A stretch of DNA of 64,000 bases from Callorhinchus milii (taxonomy: Eukaryota): contig NW_024704742.1 in assembly GCF_018977255.1 (NCBI RefSeq), positions 125,552,001 to 125,616,000 of the forward strand, given 5' to 3'. Position numbers and translations under genes: made by a program. The notes under the pieces were generated by a model. That model had not been told where the DNA came from. It ran no database searches and was given only the letters and a program-made list of their open reading frames with translations. The stretch's first letter is position 1. Every line of letters starts with the position of its first letter. Shown in pieces: positions 49,952-62,560 of this stretch.

Positions 49952-51779
49952 TATGATGCAAGGAATAAAATACAATACATATTCTTATATCATTCAGATT
50001 ATTCTTATTCAACACTGATAGCTTTTCAATAACATATTTTCTTCCAGCACCCTTCAGTCTCTCGTCTAAAGATTCTTTGATATTTGCCTCTTTCGGTCTC
50101 CAATTCACTTTAAATGGTCCAGTATTACTCAGGGATTACTATTTGGGGTTTGGATGCTCAGAATTCACCAAGACGAGACCAAAGGATCTAGCTAATAACC
50201 AGAACCTCATCAGCTCCATCACTATACTACAGAGAAAAACCTCAATTCTCCTTCACATTCCCACCGAAGACCAGAACAATCCTCCATGCCAGGCATCAGG
50301 GACAGACCTGTTCTATCCCTTCTCTAGCACTAGCCACACAGTTTGGAATTCTCAGCCTGGTTTGGATATTCTACTCTAAAGCCTGGTGATGATGGGCTTC
50401 CGTATATGTCAGACACTCGGCTAACCTAAAAAAATAGCATCTGCCCCCACAACACCACCAAGAATCTAGTACACATCCTTCTTCTAAAAATTGAATCTTT
50501 TTAAAGAAAAACAATTCCCTCTCCTCCCCCACCTCCACTGATAGCAAATGGGGAAATGTCGCCTTTTATACTGTGTCTCCTGCTGCAACCCACCAGCTAA
50601 GAGGATGACAGTACATCGCAAATAAGTCTTTATGGCTTCAGCCTTACAAGCAGCAAGCACTTGTTTCAACATCTGACGATGTAGCAGCAGCAAACTTCAA
50701 TTAAAAAACCTTGTTTCACATTTATTATTTCTGTCTGCTTCAAGTGCCACAAGCCTTAAAATCTCACCCTTGTTCCCTGACTCACTGTTGCAACAACAGT
50801 TTGGTTTTACCTGAGAATTATTACTTTCAAGATGGCGGAAGAAATACAGCCTATGGAAGTCATTAAGAAGCATTACATTTGTCTCTGAGTCCTCGTAATA
50901 GGTAATAGTTTTCTTCTAGTCAGATTAGTTCATTTTGTTAATTAAATTATTTTAAATATGATGGACTTGTGATGCAACTATAATGTTCAGAGAGGGCTTG
51001 TGAAATACACAATTGATTTGTTCCATTTACAAGGCAGCCCTTAATAAGTCACTTGTGTCTTTGTCACTAAGGATTAACAGATCTTCACAACTCTCAGAAT
51101 GAATTGCGCTGTTCTCCATTGAATACCCTCCGTGGAATTAACTAACTGAGTTAGACAAGTGATCTTTATAGATCTCTCCAATTATGCTTTGCATCTTGTG
51201 TGTTCTATGACCAGACATTTTTCAATCTATTGCATTGAACACATGTAGAAATCAGTTTACTGTTTAGTGGCTGCTTTATACCATGCTACGTTTTAACAAA
51301 CTCAGCATATAAATATTAATGTGGTGATAGAGCTTGCTTTAGGTGTCACACAAATGCTGTTGCCAGTGTTAAGAGTAATTAGGTATGCACACCCACACAC
51401 AGCTGCTTAGGTAGAAATACAGCAATATATCTTCACACTTCACGACAAAATAACTCCTCGTTTCATTTCCCGGATCAGGATCAGCACAGCATGAAGACTC
51501 TTTAATTTCCTCCTCCAGGTTTCTCTCCCATCTTTCCTGGAGGTGTTGACTTCTCGTGTGCATTCCCATGGTGTGGAGAGCACCTCACCCAAGCAGCCAC
51601 TTGTTATCTGCCAGCAGTTGTGAAAATGATGAATGCTTTGCCCCTGAAGGCAATCAATTGGGAAGTTTAAACAGGAGATAAATGGATAACTTTGGAAGTA
51701 AGACTACTAGGGGGTATGGGGAAAAGACACAGAAATGGGATTAAAAGTTCTGCCTTGATCTGATGAAATAATACCAGGG

Positions 51780-52013
51780 GGCAACTCCTTCTCTTTTCAG
51801 ATCGTGCCATGGGATCTTCAACACGCTCCTGGGCAGGTGGGACCTTAGTTTAATGTTTCATCCATAGGATGACATTTCCAGCAATGCAACATCCCCGCAG
51901 CACTGCACTGGAGTGTCATCTAAGACTATGTGATTCCAAGTCCTGACATGTGTCTTGAACCCACAATCTTCTGACTCAGAAGCAAGAATGCTACCACTGA
52001 ACCAGGTTGACAC
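51780..52013 (-). mobile_element. Deu-domain SINE 5' part
   Basis: gtgccatgggatcttcaac core; head ...ttctgactcagaagcaagaatgctaccactgaaccaggttgacac. Confidence 0.75.
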
Positions 52014-55000
52014 ACAATATGACAATCACTCCCAATCTTGTTCTCACCCAGTGTCCATAGATGTGTAATTTTAAGCTGGGCCAAAATGATTATGATCAAG
52101 AGCAGGACCCCTCCTGATATTTCTCTCTCTACTCCAGGGATTTTAGCTGCTTTGCACTAAGTTGATTCCTACCTAAGGTCAAATAATTCGATCCTGATCC
52201 TGGAATTGAGTCTGAGATCTTTTACTGTGTCTAGGTTAGTTTCATACAGTGACTTTGTCAACTGAGCCATCTGGGATCACCATCGAGCCTTCAAATTAAT
52301 GACACTTAATGACACTTCAATGGGGAAAGGGATGGTAAATGGGATTGTAAAGATTGCTGTTTAAAAGGGCTTCTGTGCTGTAAATTTCTATGGTTCTAAA
52401 CATGAACCCATCAAAACAAAATAATTTACCACAAAGATGTATTTTGTGTAAAATATGTCATATATTGATTAAACACTATTTATATAAAATCCTCCAATGG
52501 CCTAAGGATGAAGGTTCAAATTCCAGTCAATACCTTGTTAACTGATCTCAGGGCATCACAGTTGTTTTTAAAGGCGTTTGGGTTAGTGGATGGAAAATCA
52601 ATTAAGAGTACAACACCTGATCGCTACCTAGTACATGGGCATCAGGTGAGAAGAAAATTGGGCTTGGCTGTGATGTTCAAATAGCATACTGACATTCATC
52701 GTCAAGGTTCATGCATGAATAATGACCACCTGAATGTGCCCAGTACAGAAGGAAACAAATCAAACTGTCTCAGAAGAGATGAGAGGAGGAGAAAAATTGG
52801 AGAGGAAAAAAAGAAGAGAATTTCTCCTGATGTCCTGGCCAACAATCTCCCAAATAAAATTGGCTATCAGTTTCTTGGCTGTATGCAAATTGGCTGCTGT
52901 GTTTGAGTATACATACACAGTTACTCCACTTCACAGTAAATCCTGTGAAGCGCTTTTGGATGTCCTCCAGACGTGAAAGGTACTATATCAAATACAAAGG
53001 TTAGTATTATTATTATATATGTATAGAAGTAGAAATGCAAAGAGCGTTAATTGTTATAGAGACTTCGAAATACTTACAATAAATTAAACCCAGCTCGGGT
53101 CCGTAACTCTGTCTGTCCAGAGCCTTGGGACATCCTCCCGACGTGAAAGGCGCTTTATAAATGTAATTTTGTCGTTGTTGTTGTAAACAGCTCTGCATAT
53201 GTAATTGTTGTCTATGGCCTTGATACATTAAAACAACGACGACAACTTACATTTACATAGTGCCCTTCACGTGGGGTAGCATCCGGGAGTGCTTAAAACT
53301 GCAAGCTTTGAAGAGATAAACCAAAGATTGACTCCTAATTATCTCAAAAATTATCCATTTTACAAAATCATCTTTTGAGATACTTACTGAAGACACAGTT
53401 AAGTCACACGGGAGATTGTATTCTCCTCAGAACAGGAATTATTTTATGGTCAAAATACTTCCTCTTCCTCTAAATCTTATTCCTCCTTGCTTACCCAACA
53501 CTTCCCATTCCTCTAAATCCTGCTCTTTCTTGATGACAGGTGACCTGAGGGTAAATGCTCTCCCGATTGTTTGGTCAAATGGACTGTAAGTGGGACACTG
53601 CTGTGCGCAATTGGCTAACGTCTTTCACCAACAACATACAGTTAATTCACTTCACAGTATATTCCGTGAAGCACTTTGCAATATCTCAGCATCGTGATAA
53701 GGTGCTATATCAAATGCAAGGATTATTATTATATTATTATAATACGGTTAAATAATAATAATGATGTGTTATAATTTTTTCTTGTTATTTTGTATTATAC
53801 TTCCTTAGAAAGTCTCCATTTCTTACAATTCACTTCTCTCCAATCTACAATCATCAACTGTGAGAACAGTTTTCAATTTTCTTTCCACTCTGCACTAGCT
53901 GAGACGTAAATTAATAAATCCAGCAAAGTGACTTGTTTCTCCTGGCATCACAAGTTAAACCGCTCAGATGCAGTCAGAAATTCATCTCAAAGAGGAAATT
54001 TTAGCAATCAATAACAACAATTTGCATTTAGATAATACCTCTCATGCAGTGTGCTTGACAGTGGTGGAGCATGATGCTGAGGGGGAGGTAAATTTTAATT
54101 TATCCAATTTGAATTTAATTGTCATTGGATCCTGAAATAACACACTTCCCTTGTGGACTCGATATTTACACAACAAAATATCCATAAACTATGGCTGACT
54201 TCCATGTTATCAGGTTACTGCCACGTCACTTCCTGCACATAGTGCCCACACAGTAATTGCAATAATAGTGGCTGGCAACTGTGGCCTTGTTAAAAGGCGG
54301 GTTAGGATTTTATGTACCCCAACTAGTAGGTTACAAAGGACCTTACTCAGGGTGGAAAAGCTTTTGTGCTTTCATTCCCTTGGAATTGTGTTTTACACTG
54401 AGCACGCCTTTCCCAGAGAAACTGTGTTTTGTTTAGATCAGCTCTTCAAAGTTTTAAGTTTTAATAAATGCTCTGTTGGTTTGTATATCAATAAAGCAAC
54501 AAACAAACTCATAGTGTGACCTAATACTAAGACAATTGCTGCTCTTGAAGCTTAATTTCGAGTGATAACAAGGCCCCATAAATATCCTTTATTCTGAGTT
54601 TCTGAGACGCGTGTTCAAAGAGATTACACTTAAAATAAAGAACAGCCCTCTTTTTCAATCACTCTGAGATCTGCTTCTTTCTTCATTTTTGTTGAATGCC
54701 TTTAATCATATTATCATGACGAGGAGTGAGAGAGACACTCACTCAAAACAAATAGATCAGAGGCTCTCTCCATCACTGAGACATGCAGCAAAGGATTCAC
54801 GGTCTTTGCAAACAGACAAAGTCAGTGAGTCTCATGAAACCCGATGGGCCTGTGGGATCATGGCAGTTTCGTGAATGTCTTGCTGATTCAGTGATGCGAG
54901 ATAAATTGTAGCAGGATTTACCTTCAGTCTATTCCTTAAAACAAAGACTTGGCTCTTTCCAAAACTATCACAATTTTGGCAGGACCAAAAAAGGCCATTT

Positions 55001-55429
55001 GATCCAGACCAAATTATTTTTTAAAAATCTTATGATAACCTATATGTCATACATCTCAATCAATTTATTTGCCAAATACATATCTGTAACACACTTGAAT
55101 GCGCTGACACTTCTACACTGTAATTTCTATTATTTTATGATACTCTGCCAAAGGCAAATAAAAAAAATTAATTTCCACTTGAATCTGCTGACACAATTTG
55201 CCCGCAACAGCTCCTAGTGTTTTCAATAGTCCCTGTCCCCTTGTAAAGCTGCTGGTTAAATTAAACATATTATTACGGTTCAGATTATTTATGACCTTTA
55301 GAATCTTGAATACTTCAATATGATCTCTCCTGAGTCTTCCCTTAGTTTCTTGACCTTATATTCATGACCAACAATCCTCAGTTCTCAATGACGGTCTTGA
55401 CCAATCCCACAACTGGAATGACAGCTGGA

Positions 55430-55703
55430 ATTAGACTCCTGAGTTATAAGGAGAAGCTACGAAATTTGGAAATTCAACAAAGGGACAAGTAAGATCTTAT
55501 TGAGGCACTCCATATCCTAAAGGGCAAAGAAGAAATGAATCCTCATGACATGGTTGCCAAATCTAGAACAAGAACCCAAGCTGAGAAGTGGGAAGAGAAA
55601 CAGACAATTCAGAAGTAATTATTTTACACGGAGCATGATGAATACGTGGCAAAGACAGTGTAGAAGTAGAAGTACATTGTGTCACTATGTTCAAGAGGCA
55701 ATT
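55430..55703 (+). mobile_element. Decayed CR1 fragment ending in a fold-back palindrome
   Basis: gatcttattgag (DLIE-like), tattttacacggagcatgatgaatacgtgg (FTxRxxNxW-like) and ttcaagaggcaatt (FKRQL-like). Confidence 0.55.
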
Positions 55704-55741
55704 AATTGCCTCTTGAACATAGTGACACAATGTACTTCTAC
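55666..55741. repeat. Perfect 76-bp palindrome, no spacer
   Basis: All 38 base pairs checked, centred on ggcaatt/aattgcc. The same peptide appears in the + and - strand ORFs. Confidence 0.97.
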
Positions 55742-56889
55742 AATGATACTGTTTGGGCAAACAATTCAATTGAGAGACTGAGATTATTTGTAATAATGAT
55801 GCTTGCACTTGATATGGAGTAGAAGTGTTTCAAAATGGTTCACATGCAATTGCTGTAAAGTGTAGTGACTGTGTTTTTGTAGGTATATTAGTTATTCTTT
55901 GTTTTTTGAACTTTGGCAGATAAAATATTAAGGTCTTTTCTACTTCTATACATTCCTATGTTCCTCTGTATCCAGCAATTCTGCTTGATTCCAATCTTAC
56001 AACATTCAGAACCTTCACAATAATTGGTTATTCGGCTTCCTATCAAGTAGCTTATTATAAGAAAATTATACTCAACTGAGTTTTTAAACAACGCTTGGAG
56101 AATATCTGCCGTCGAAATCTATTTGTTTCCTCTCCATCCATGGCACGCTACACCACATCCTCATGTTAACACTGTTCCCAATGTCATGTCATGATCAACC
56201 AAACCAAGAGGAAACTCAGCCAAGATGAGCAGAAATTATTCCAGTTCTAGCTCCACTGACAGCTGCCCAGTTATTACATCTTGCTCCATGCAGGACAGAG
56301 TCCGAGAACTGATCAAGTCACTGACCTGGCTCAAGTAGGCATGTGACATAATAATAATCCTTGGTTTGATATAGCGCCTTATCACCTCTTTGAGATGTCT
56401 CAAAGCGCTTCACAGAATATACTGTGAAGTGAATTGACGGTTTATTTTGTGGGCTGAGACCTTCTGACTAGGAGCCAAATACTTCAACTGTTTGAAATAC
56501 CGTCTGTCAGTTTCCTTAAGAAAATCAGTAAGATTTTAATTAATTCATAAAATAGTTTTAGCGATTATTATTTGTTTAAATATTAAGGCACATTAACTAT
56601 TTGAATTGTATAAACATATTAATATCCATTCAATCTGCTCTGCATTTTGTAAGTGCTTTAATGTATTAGTATACACATTTATTAATCAATATTAATGTAT
56701 TCATTCATTTATTTCATATTGATGACAGTAAATTGGCTCCAAAACAATAGCTAGTTCTCCTGACCATAATTATATTCTATTGTGAGCAATATCACAGATA
56801 TATGATTTGGGGGAGAGGGGGATGGGAGAATATCCTACTTCATGTAGCAAGTCTGTTGCTGTGGGCTAAATATTCTACCCCATTTGGTT

Positions 56890-57250
56890 GATAAGACGGC
56901 TCAATTGATAACATTCTCACCTCTGAATAAGAAGGCTGTGGGATCAAGCCCCATGTTGGTATTTTGAACTCACACTCTAGGCTGACAGTACTAGGGGTGT
57001 GCTGCATTGTTCGAGGTTCTGACATTTTAGACAATATGTTAACAGATGTCCCATCTGTCTGCTCAGGTGGATGTTAAAGATCGCATGGAACAACTCAAAA
57101 AATTGGTCATTCACTTCATAACAATTTGTTTGGGACATTGCTGTGCTCAAATTAACTGCCATGTTCACCCACAAAATATTGAGTCACTGCTCTTGTAAAG
57201 AGTTTTGAGACCTGAATCAAAAGGATTACTGTATTATTATTTTGATTATT
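56890..57250 (+). mobile_element. Deu-domain SINE
   Basis: ggctcaattg head, gtgctgcattgttcgagg and ctcaggtggatgttaaagatc cores. Confidence 0.7.
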
Positions 57251-57429
57251 AGCATTGGAAAATATTTCCCTATGCGGTTATTTTAATCAATTAGAGCACA
57301 AGCACATTTGTAAAAGTTACCAAATAAAGCAGCACTTAAATCACAACAAGGAACTTGCTACGTGGAGAGCGTGAAAAAAAGCGGAAAGGCAACTTCCATT
57401 CAAGGCACTTGTAATAGACATGCTGCTTA

Positions 57430-57546
57430 CTGGAATACAGCGTAAAAGCAAGTAAATGGACTTGAGGTACAGATCAGCCTTGATCTTATAGAATGGCGGA
57501 ACAGCGCGAAGGGCTGAATGGCTTACTCCTGCTTCTATGTTTCTAC
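57430..57546 (+). mobile_element. CR1-type (shark HER1/HE1-like) 3' tail
   Basis: gatcagccttgatcttatagaatggcggaacagcgcgaagggctgaatggcttactcctgcttctatgtttcta. Confidence 0.65.
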
Positions 57547-59567
57547 TGCAAATGGCTTCAATACTGCTAAAAAGATACTGAAGTAAATAACAGCAAACAA
57601 ATGAAACGTGATATGCCATGGAGGAAATAACAAGAAACAAAGCTATAATCTAATGCCGAGGTTCAAATGATTGTTCTAAACTGCTTGACCTTCAATCTTG
57701 ACATTTGCAACATCAGCTTAACCCCTTGATTCACTTACAGTTCAGTAATTCAATCCCAGGAAACCATTATTCTCTATTTGCTGCATATTAGTGCGTTTCT
57801 CAAATATTTATTCATGTGCTTATTCACTAATAATTTAGTTTGGCACAAATAAGAACATGAGAATTTTTAGAACAAGAAAAGGTCATGAGGTTCAAATGAG
57901 GTTCTTTCTGATACTTCTCAACCTGCCTGCCTTCTCACCGCAATGCCCTGAATCTATTTACTTCCTAGTAACACATGGGAAGTGGGAGAGGATGGTAGAT
58001 TTAGCACATTGTGGGCAATGTGCAGGGTTAATGGGATTTCCAATACATCACGCACATCAACAGAGGCAACAAAGTGCTTAACCAGCCTCAGAACTACCCC
58101 ATCCCTCACCACCACCTCACTTGCACCCCATGCGATTCTGGAAAAAAACAATAATAGTAATAATAATCCTTACATTCGGTATAGAGCCATGTCTGAAGGC
58201 CATCCCAAAGCACTTCACAGGATATTCCTGTAAAGTGCAGTAAATGCTCATTTTATGGACAAATGCAGCAACTACAAAGTCATGAAATGAATGACCAATT
58301 TTATTGGGTGATTGTTAGCCAAGAACATTGTTAGCCATGGACATGCTTAAAATATACTACCTCTATAGCAAAAATGGCTCTTGTAGCAATTCAACTTCCC
58401 GGGTGGATTTAAACACAATATGCTGGTCATGAGGTGACAGCGCGATTAATGAATGAGCAGATCTTTCAATGATTCAGCGGATGCCCCTGACTACATAAAT
58501 AAATGAATACGTTAGTGCAACCTTCAGCCAAACAAGGTTGAAGTTACAAGGAAGCAAATTTGGAAACATAAACCAATAAAGTACTAAGTTCAAGCACAAA
58601 GGAATGGAGGGGGTTAAATTCTGTCACAATGTTAGTGGAGTTAATGATGTTAATTTGAAGAGTCAACTAAACTAATAAGCCTGAAAATCCTAGTGAAATT
58701 CCATGGATTTTCTGTGGCATACAATTTTTTAAAAAAATTTAATTGGCCCTCATTAATGAGTGGGGTTCAAACCACTAAGTTTGTTTTGTAAACTCTGTCA
58801 TTTGACATTGCTTTAAAGACTAGTGCTGATTTACGGTTGGTTCATGTTGGCATAAACATATGATTCTACTACAGAAGGGGTCAACATGATGGAGTAGACA
58901 GCAGGTAGGATAGGGTTTACAGATTCTTATAGGTGAAATTTCATAGCCATGATTATCATCTCTATCAAGACTAAGGTAATTTCTCTCTGCAGTGAGCTAC
59001 AGCTCCTTATCTGGTCTTCCACTGAAGTTTGCATTGACAGATTGTCTACCCGCACTCAAGGTCTTGAGAATCGCCCTAGGCTCCCACTCCCAGCTCAGGT
59101 GACAAGTCAGAACGTCAAACACCTTGGGACGTCCTCCCGATGTGAAAGCCGCTACATAAATGCAAACTTGTATGGTATTTGTATTTGTAAAGTCAAATAC
59201 AAGTATGTCCAAAATTGACATTAACATAAAAAAGCCACCTGTGATGTAAACTGAACGCTGAAACCTCCAGTTTATTCTCTAACTGACTTAGAAGCCTTAA
59301 ATAACTTTTCAGTATTTAATTCATGAATACAGCATAGTAAGTATGTTTTAAAAATGTTTAACATTTATAGTTCGATGAAATGTATTGTTTTTACTTGATG
59401 CTTGTTAGGAGCAAGATATGACACCGTTTAAAGCTGGAGACATTATGATGCACAAGAGGTTCTCGCTTTTATTGTTGTATACTCTTGTGCCCTTATCAAT
59501 TTTTCCTTATTCAGTTTATTGCTGTCTGCCAACAGCATTAGTAATGAGCGGTCTAGCTGGGAAAACT

Positions 59568-59950
59568 GTCAGGTTGGCTCATTGGGCAACTCTCTTACCT
59601 CTGGGTCAGAATGTTGCAAGGGTCAAGCCTTATGTCAGAACGTGAGCTCATTGTCTAAGATGATATTCTAGTGCAGTGCTGGGCACTGTCAGAGGTGCTG
59701 TCCTCCACTTGAGCCGTTAAACCTCGATCTTGTCATTTTGTTCTCAGTCTGATGTTAAAGATCACATATTCAAAAAGAGAAGGAGTTTGCCCTTGTGCCC
59801 CGACCTCCAGATTATTTGATTGTTCACCTCATGCCTGTTTATAGGACCTAACTGGCACAAATGGCTGCTGTGTTTATTTGCAAAAACAGTCACTACACTT
59901 GACAGTAATTACCACTTTGAAATGTTTTGATGTGAAAAGGTGCTGCACCG
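59568..59950 (+). mobile_element. Deu-domain SINE
   Basis: tgtcaggttggctca head; cagtcactacactt 3' body. Confidence 0.68.
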
Positions 59951-61144
59951 TATAAGCATCGATGCACCTATTTCAGAAAAATAAGATTTCAATCCATGAA
60001 GTACTGTGTATTCTTCAAGTGATGAAGAGTTTGCTGCATTTCACTACTGTATCCATGGGTTAAATACACACATTTCGTAACACATTCCCTGTTACCACAT
60101 CCAGGAACATATCATGAAGCTCCACGAATTGTGGTGGCTCAATAATGATTCCCTACCCAACCTCTCTCCCTCCACAGAGGTACAGTCCAAGGGAATCCCA
60201 GTGCAGCAGAGGATGAATTGGTTTCTGCATTAAATTGGTTTCCTCTTACGTTGGATTCAAATGCTGTTTGCAGCACCGCAGATCGCAGTGGGCTCAGGAC
60301 CTCAACTGTTCAGGGTGCCATTGCACAACAGTTCCTGAACTGGATGAAGCTGGCCAAACTCAAGGAAGCTGAGTGGGAAGGAGCCAGTCAGAGTGGCATT
60401 AATTAGCATAAGGAACACATTATGAAACACTGCAAATTCCCCCCTTATATATTCTTACCTAAGAAGTTTATCTTGTTGAAAATCCAGAAACTGCATTGAG
60501 TGCTGTGATTTAACCCCTGCAAAGTTACTGCAATTGCTGTAGAACTCACTGAACATGACGGCTGTTAATAGGCATGTGTTTCAATGAAGGATGGCACCTC
60601 CAACAATGTAGCATTGCTCCAGCATTAAATTGGAATGTCAGTAGATTTCACGTGGATGTTAAAGTCCTGTATACCATCTGAGGAGTAGAGTGTTATCTCA
60701 TTGTCCTGGACTGTATGCCTGCATTGTCTAAATTTACCAATTATAATAAATTTAGTCATTCACCTCATTGACATTACTGGTACAGATTGGCTACTCCATG
60801 TAACAACAGTCACTACACTTCAAAGTTAGTCATTACATACAGCAGTTTGAGATGAACTGTTTTGATAGGGCATGTTATCAAATGCAAGTATAATTTATTT
60901 TAAATTCTTTCCAATGTTCCAATTATTTCCCTGAAAACAGTTTTGTGTACCACACAGGTGATTGATTATATTGCATTCCAACTTCTAAAATATATTTTTT
61001 CCTTTGAAAACCTGACTAAATAGATAAACTCAAAGTAAAAGAATTTTGAAACCAATATCAAATAACATAACGATTGGCATTCCCACCGTCTCCAGCCCCA
61101 GTAAAGTTAAATCCCAAAGAATAGCACAAGCTATTAAAAATAAA

Positions 61145-61773
61145 ATAATAATATAATAATAATCCTTGCATTTGATATAGCGCTTTTTACATTTTCTAGA
61201 GGTCTCAAAGTGCTTCACAGAATAAGAAGAATAATAATCCTTGCATTTGATATAGTGCTTTTCACGTCTTCTAGACGTCTCAAAGCACTTCACAGAATAT
61301 ACTGTAAAGTGAACTGATTGTATATTTGTGGGCGAATTGCGGCAGCCAATTGCGCACAGCAGTGTTCCACAAACAGTCGAGGATTGAAGTGACCAATTTA
61401 TTATTGTTTTTTTTCTTGAGGGGTTATTATCAGGCGTGTGGAGTAAGGAAACTTGCCCAAGGTTTCATCCGGCTGGGAATCGAACCGAGGTCTCTCACTT
61501 GCGAGGCAAGTGCTCTAACCGATGAGCTACTGGACAATGTAGAATACATTGTAAAGTGAATTGACTATATATTTGTGGGCGAAACGCAGCAGCCAATTGC
61601 CCACAACAGTGTCCCACAAACAGTCATTGATTGAAGTGATCAATATATTATTGTTTTTTGAAGGGTTATTGTTAGGAGTAAGGAAACTTGCCCAAGTTTT
61701 CGCCCTACTGGGAATCAAACTTAGGTCTCTCACTTGAGAGGCGAGTGCTCTAACAACTGAGCTGCAGGACTCC
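61145..61773 (-). mobile_element. Stack of same-orientation SINE copies (tail, near-full copy, tail-less copy)
   Basis: Tails at about 61150-61222 and 61230-61300; heads ending at about 61536 and 61773. Confidence 0.82.
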
Positions 61774-61804
61774 ACAAACAGCAGACCATATTGGGAAGTT
61801 GTGC

Positions 61805-62140
61805 ATCTGGCTGGCTCAGTTAGGAGCACTTCTGCTCTGAATCAAAAGGTTGTGGGTTCAAACTCATATAGGCTGATGCCCGAATGGGGAGTGTTGCACT
61901 GTTGGAGATGCAGTCCTATGGATGAGTCATAAAACCAAGGTCATGTCTGCCTAATCAGGTGGAAATTAAAGATCCTATTGGCACTATTTGATAAGAAAAG
62001 GATATTTTTCCCACTGCCTTGGCCAACAATCCCCAAAATAAAATTGGTCATTCACTTCATGGCTACATATTACAGTCTATCCTATGAAGTGCTTTGAGAT
62101 GTTCTCCTGACATAAAGCTGCTATATCAAATGAAGGATTT
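61805..62140 (+). mobile_element. Deu-domain SINE
   Basis: ggctcagtt head; caggtggaaattaaagatcc core. Confidence 0.68.
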
Positions 62141-62363
62141 TTGAAATTAACTTCTGGCATATAATTGTACTATAGCATTAACTGCAATTCAGTTATTAGA
62201 TCAGCTGACTCATGGGATATTAATCATATTCCACACGTCATCTATATTTTACTTGATAAGCTTATACTGTTTTTTGTTTCCTGTATAAATGTAATTGATC
62301 TATAAAAGTGTGCTGTTAATATTGTTCTGTATGAGGTTTAGCTAACCTTTGGTTGTGTGCTTT

Positions 62364-62560
62364 TAAATATTGTATTAGATTTAGTTAGTTTGAATGAATA
62401 TGTAGATGGTTTACTGTTAAGTCTTGCATCAGGTTTACTTAGTTTGAATGAATATGCAGGTCATGTCTTATTAAATATTGTATTAGGTTCAGTAGTTTTC
62501 GAGTAAATAGGAGGTAATATACTGTTAATATTATATCAAGTTTGAGCAAATGCATTGTTT
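62364..62560. repeat. Degenerate AT-rich 54-bp minisatellite, about 3.5 units
   Basis: Units start at 62364, 62418, 62472 and 62526 (taaatattgtattag...agtttgaatgaatatg). Confidence 0.7.
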
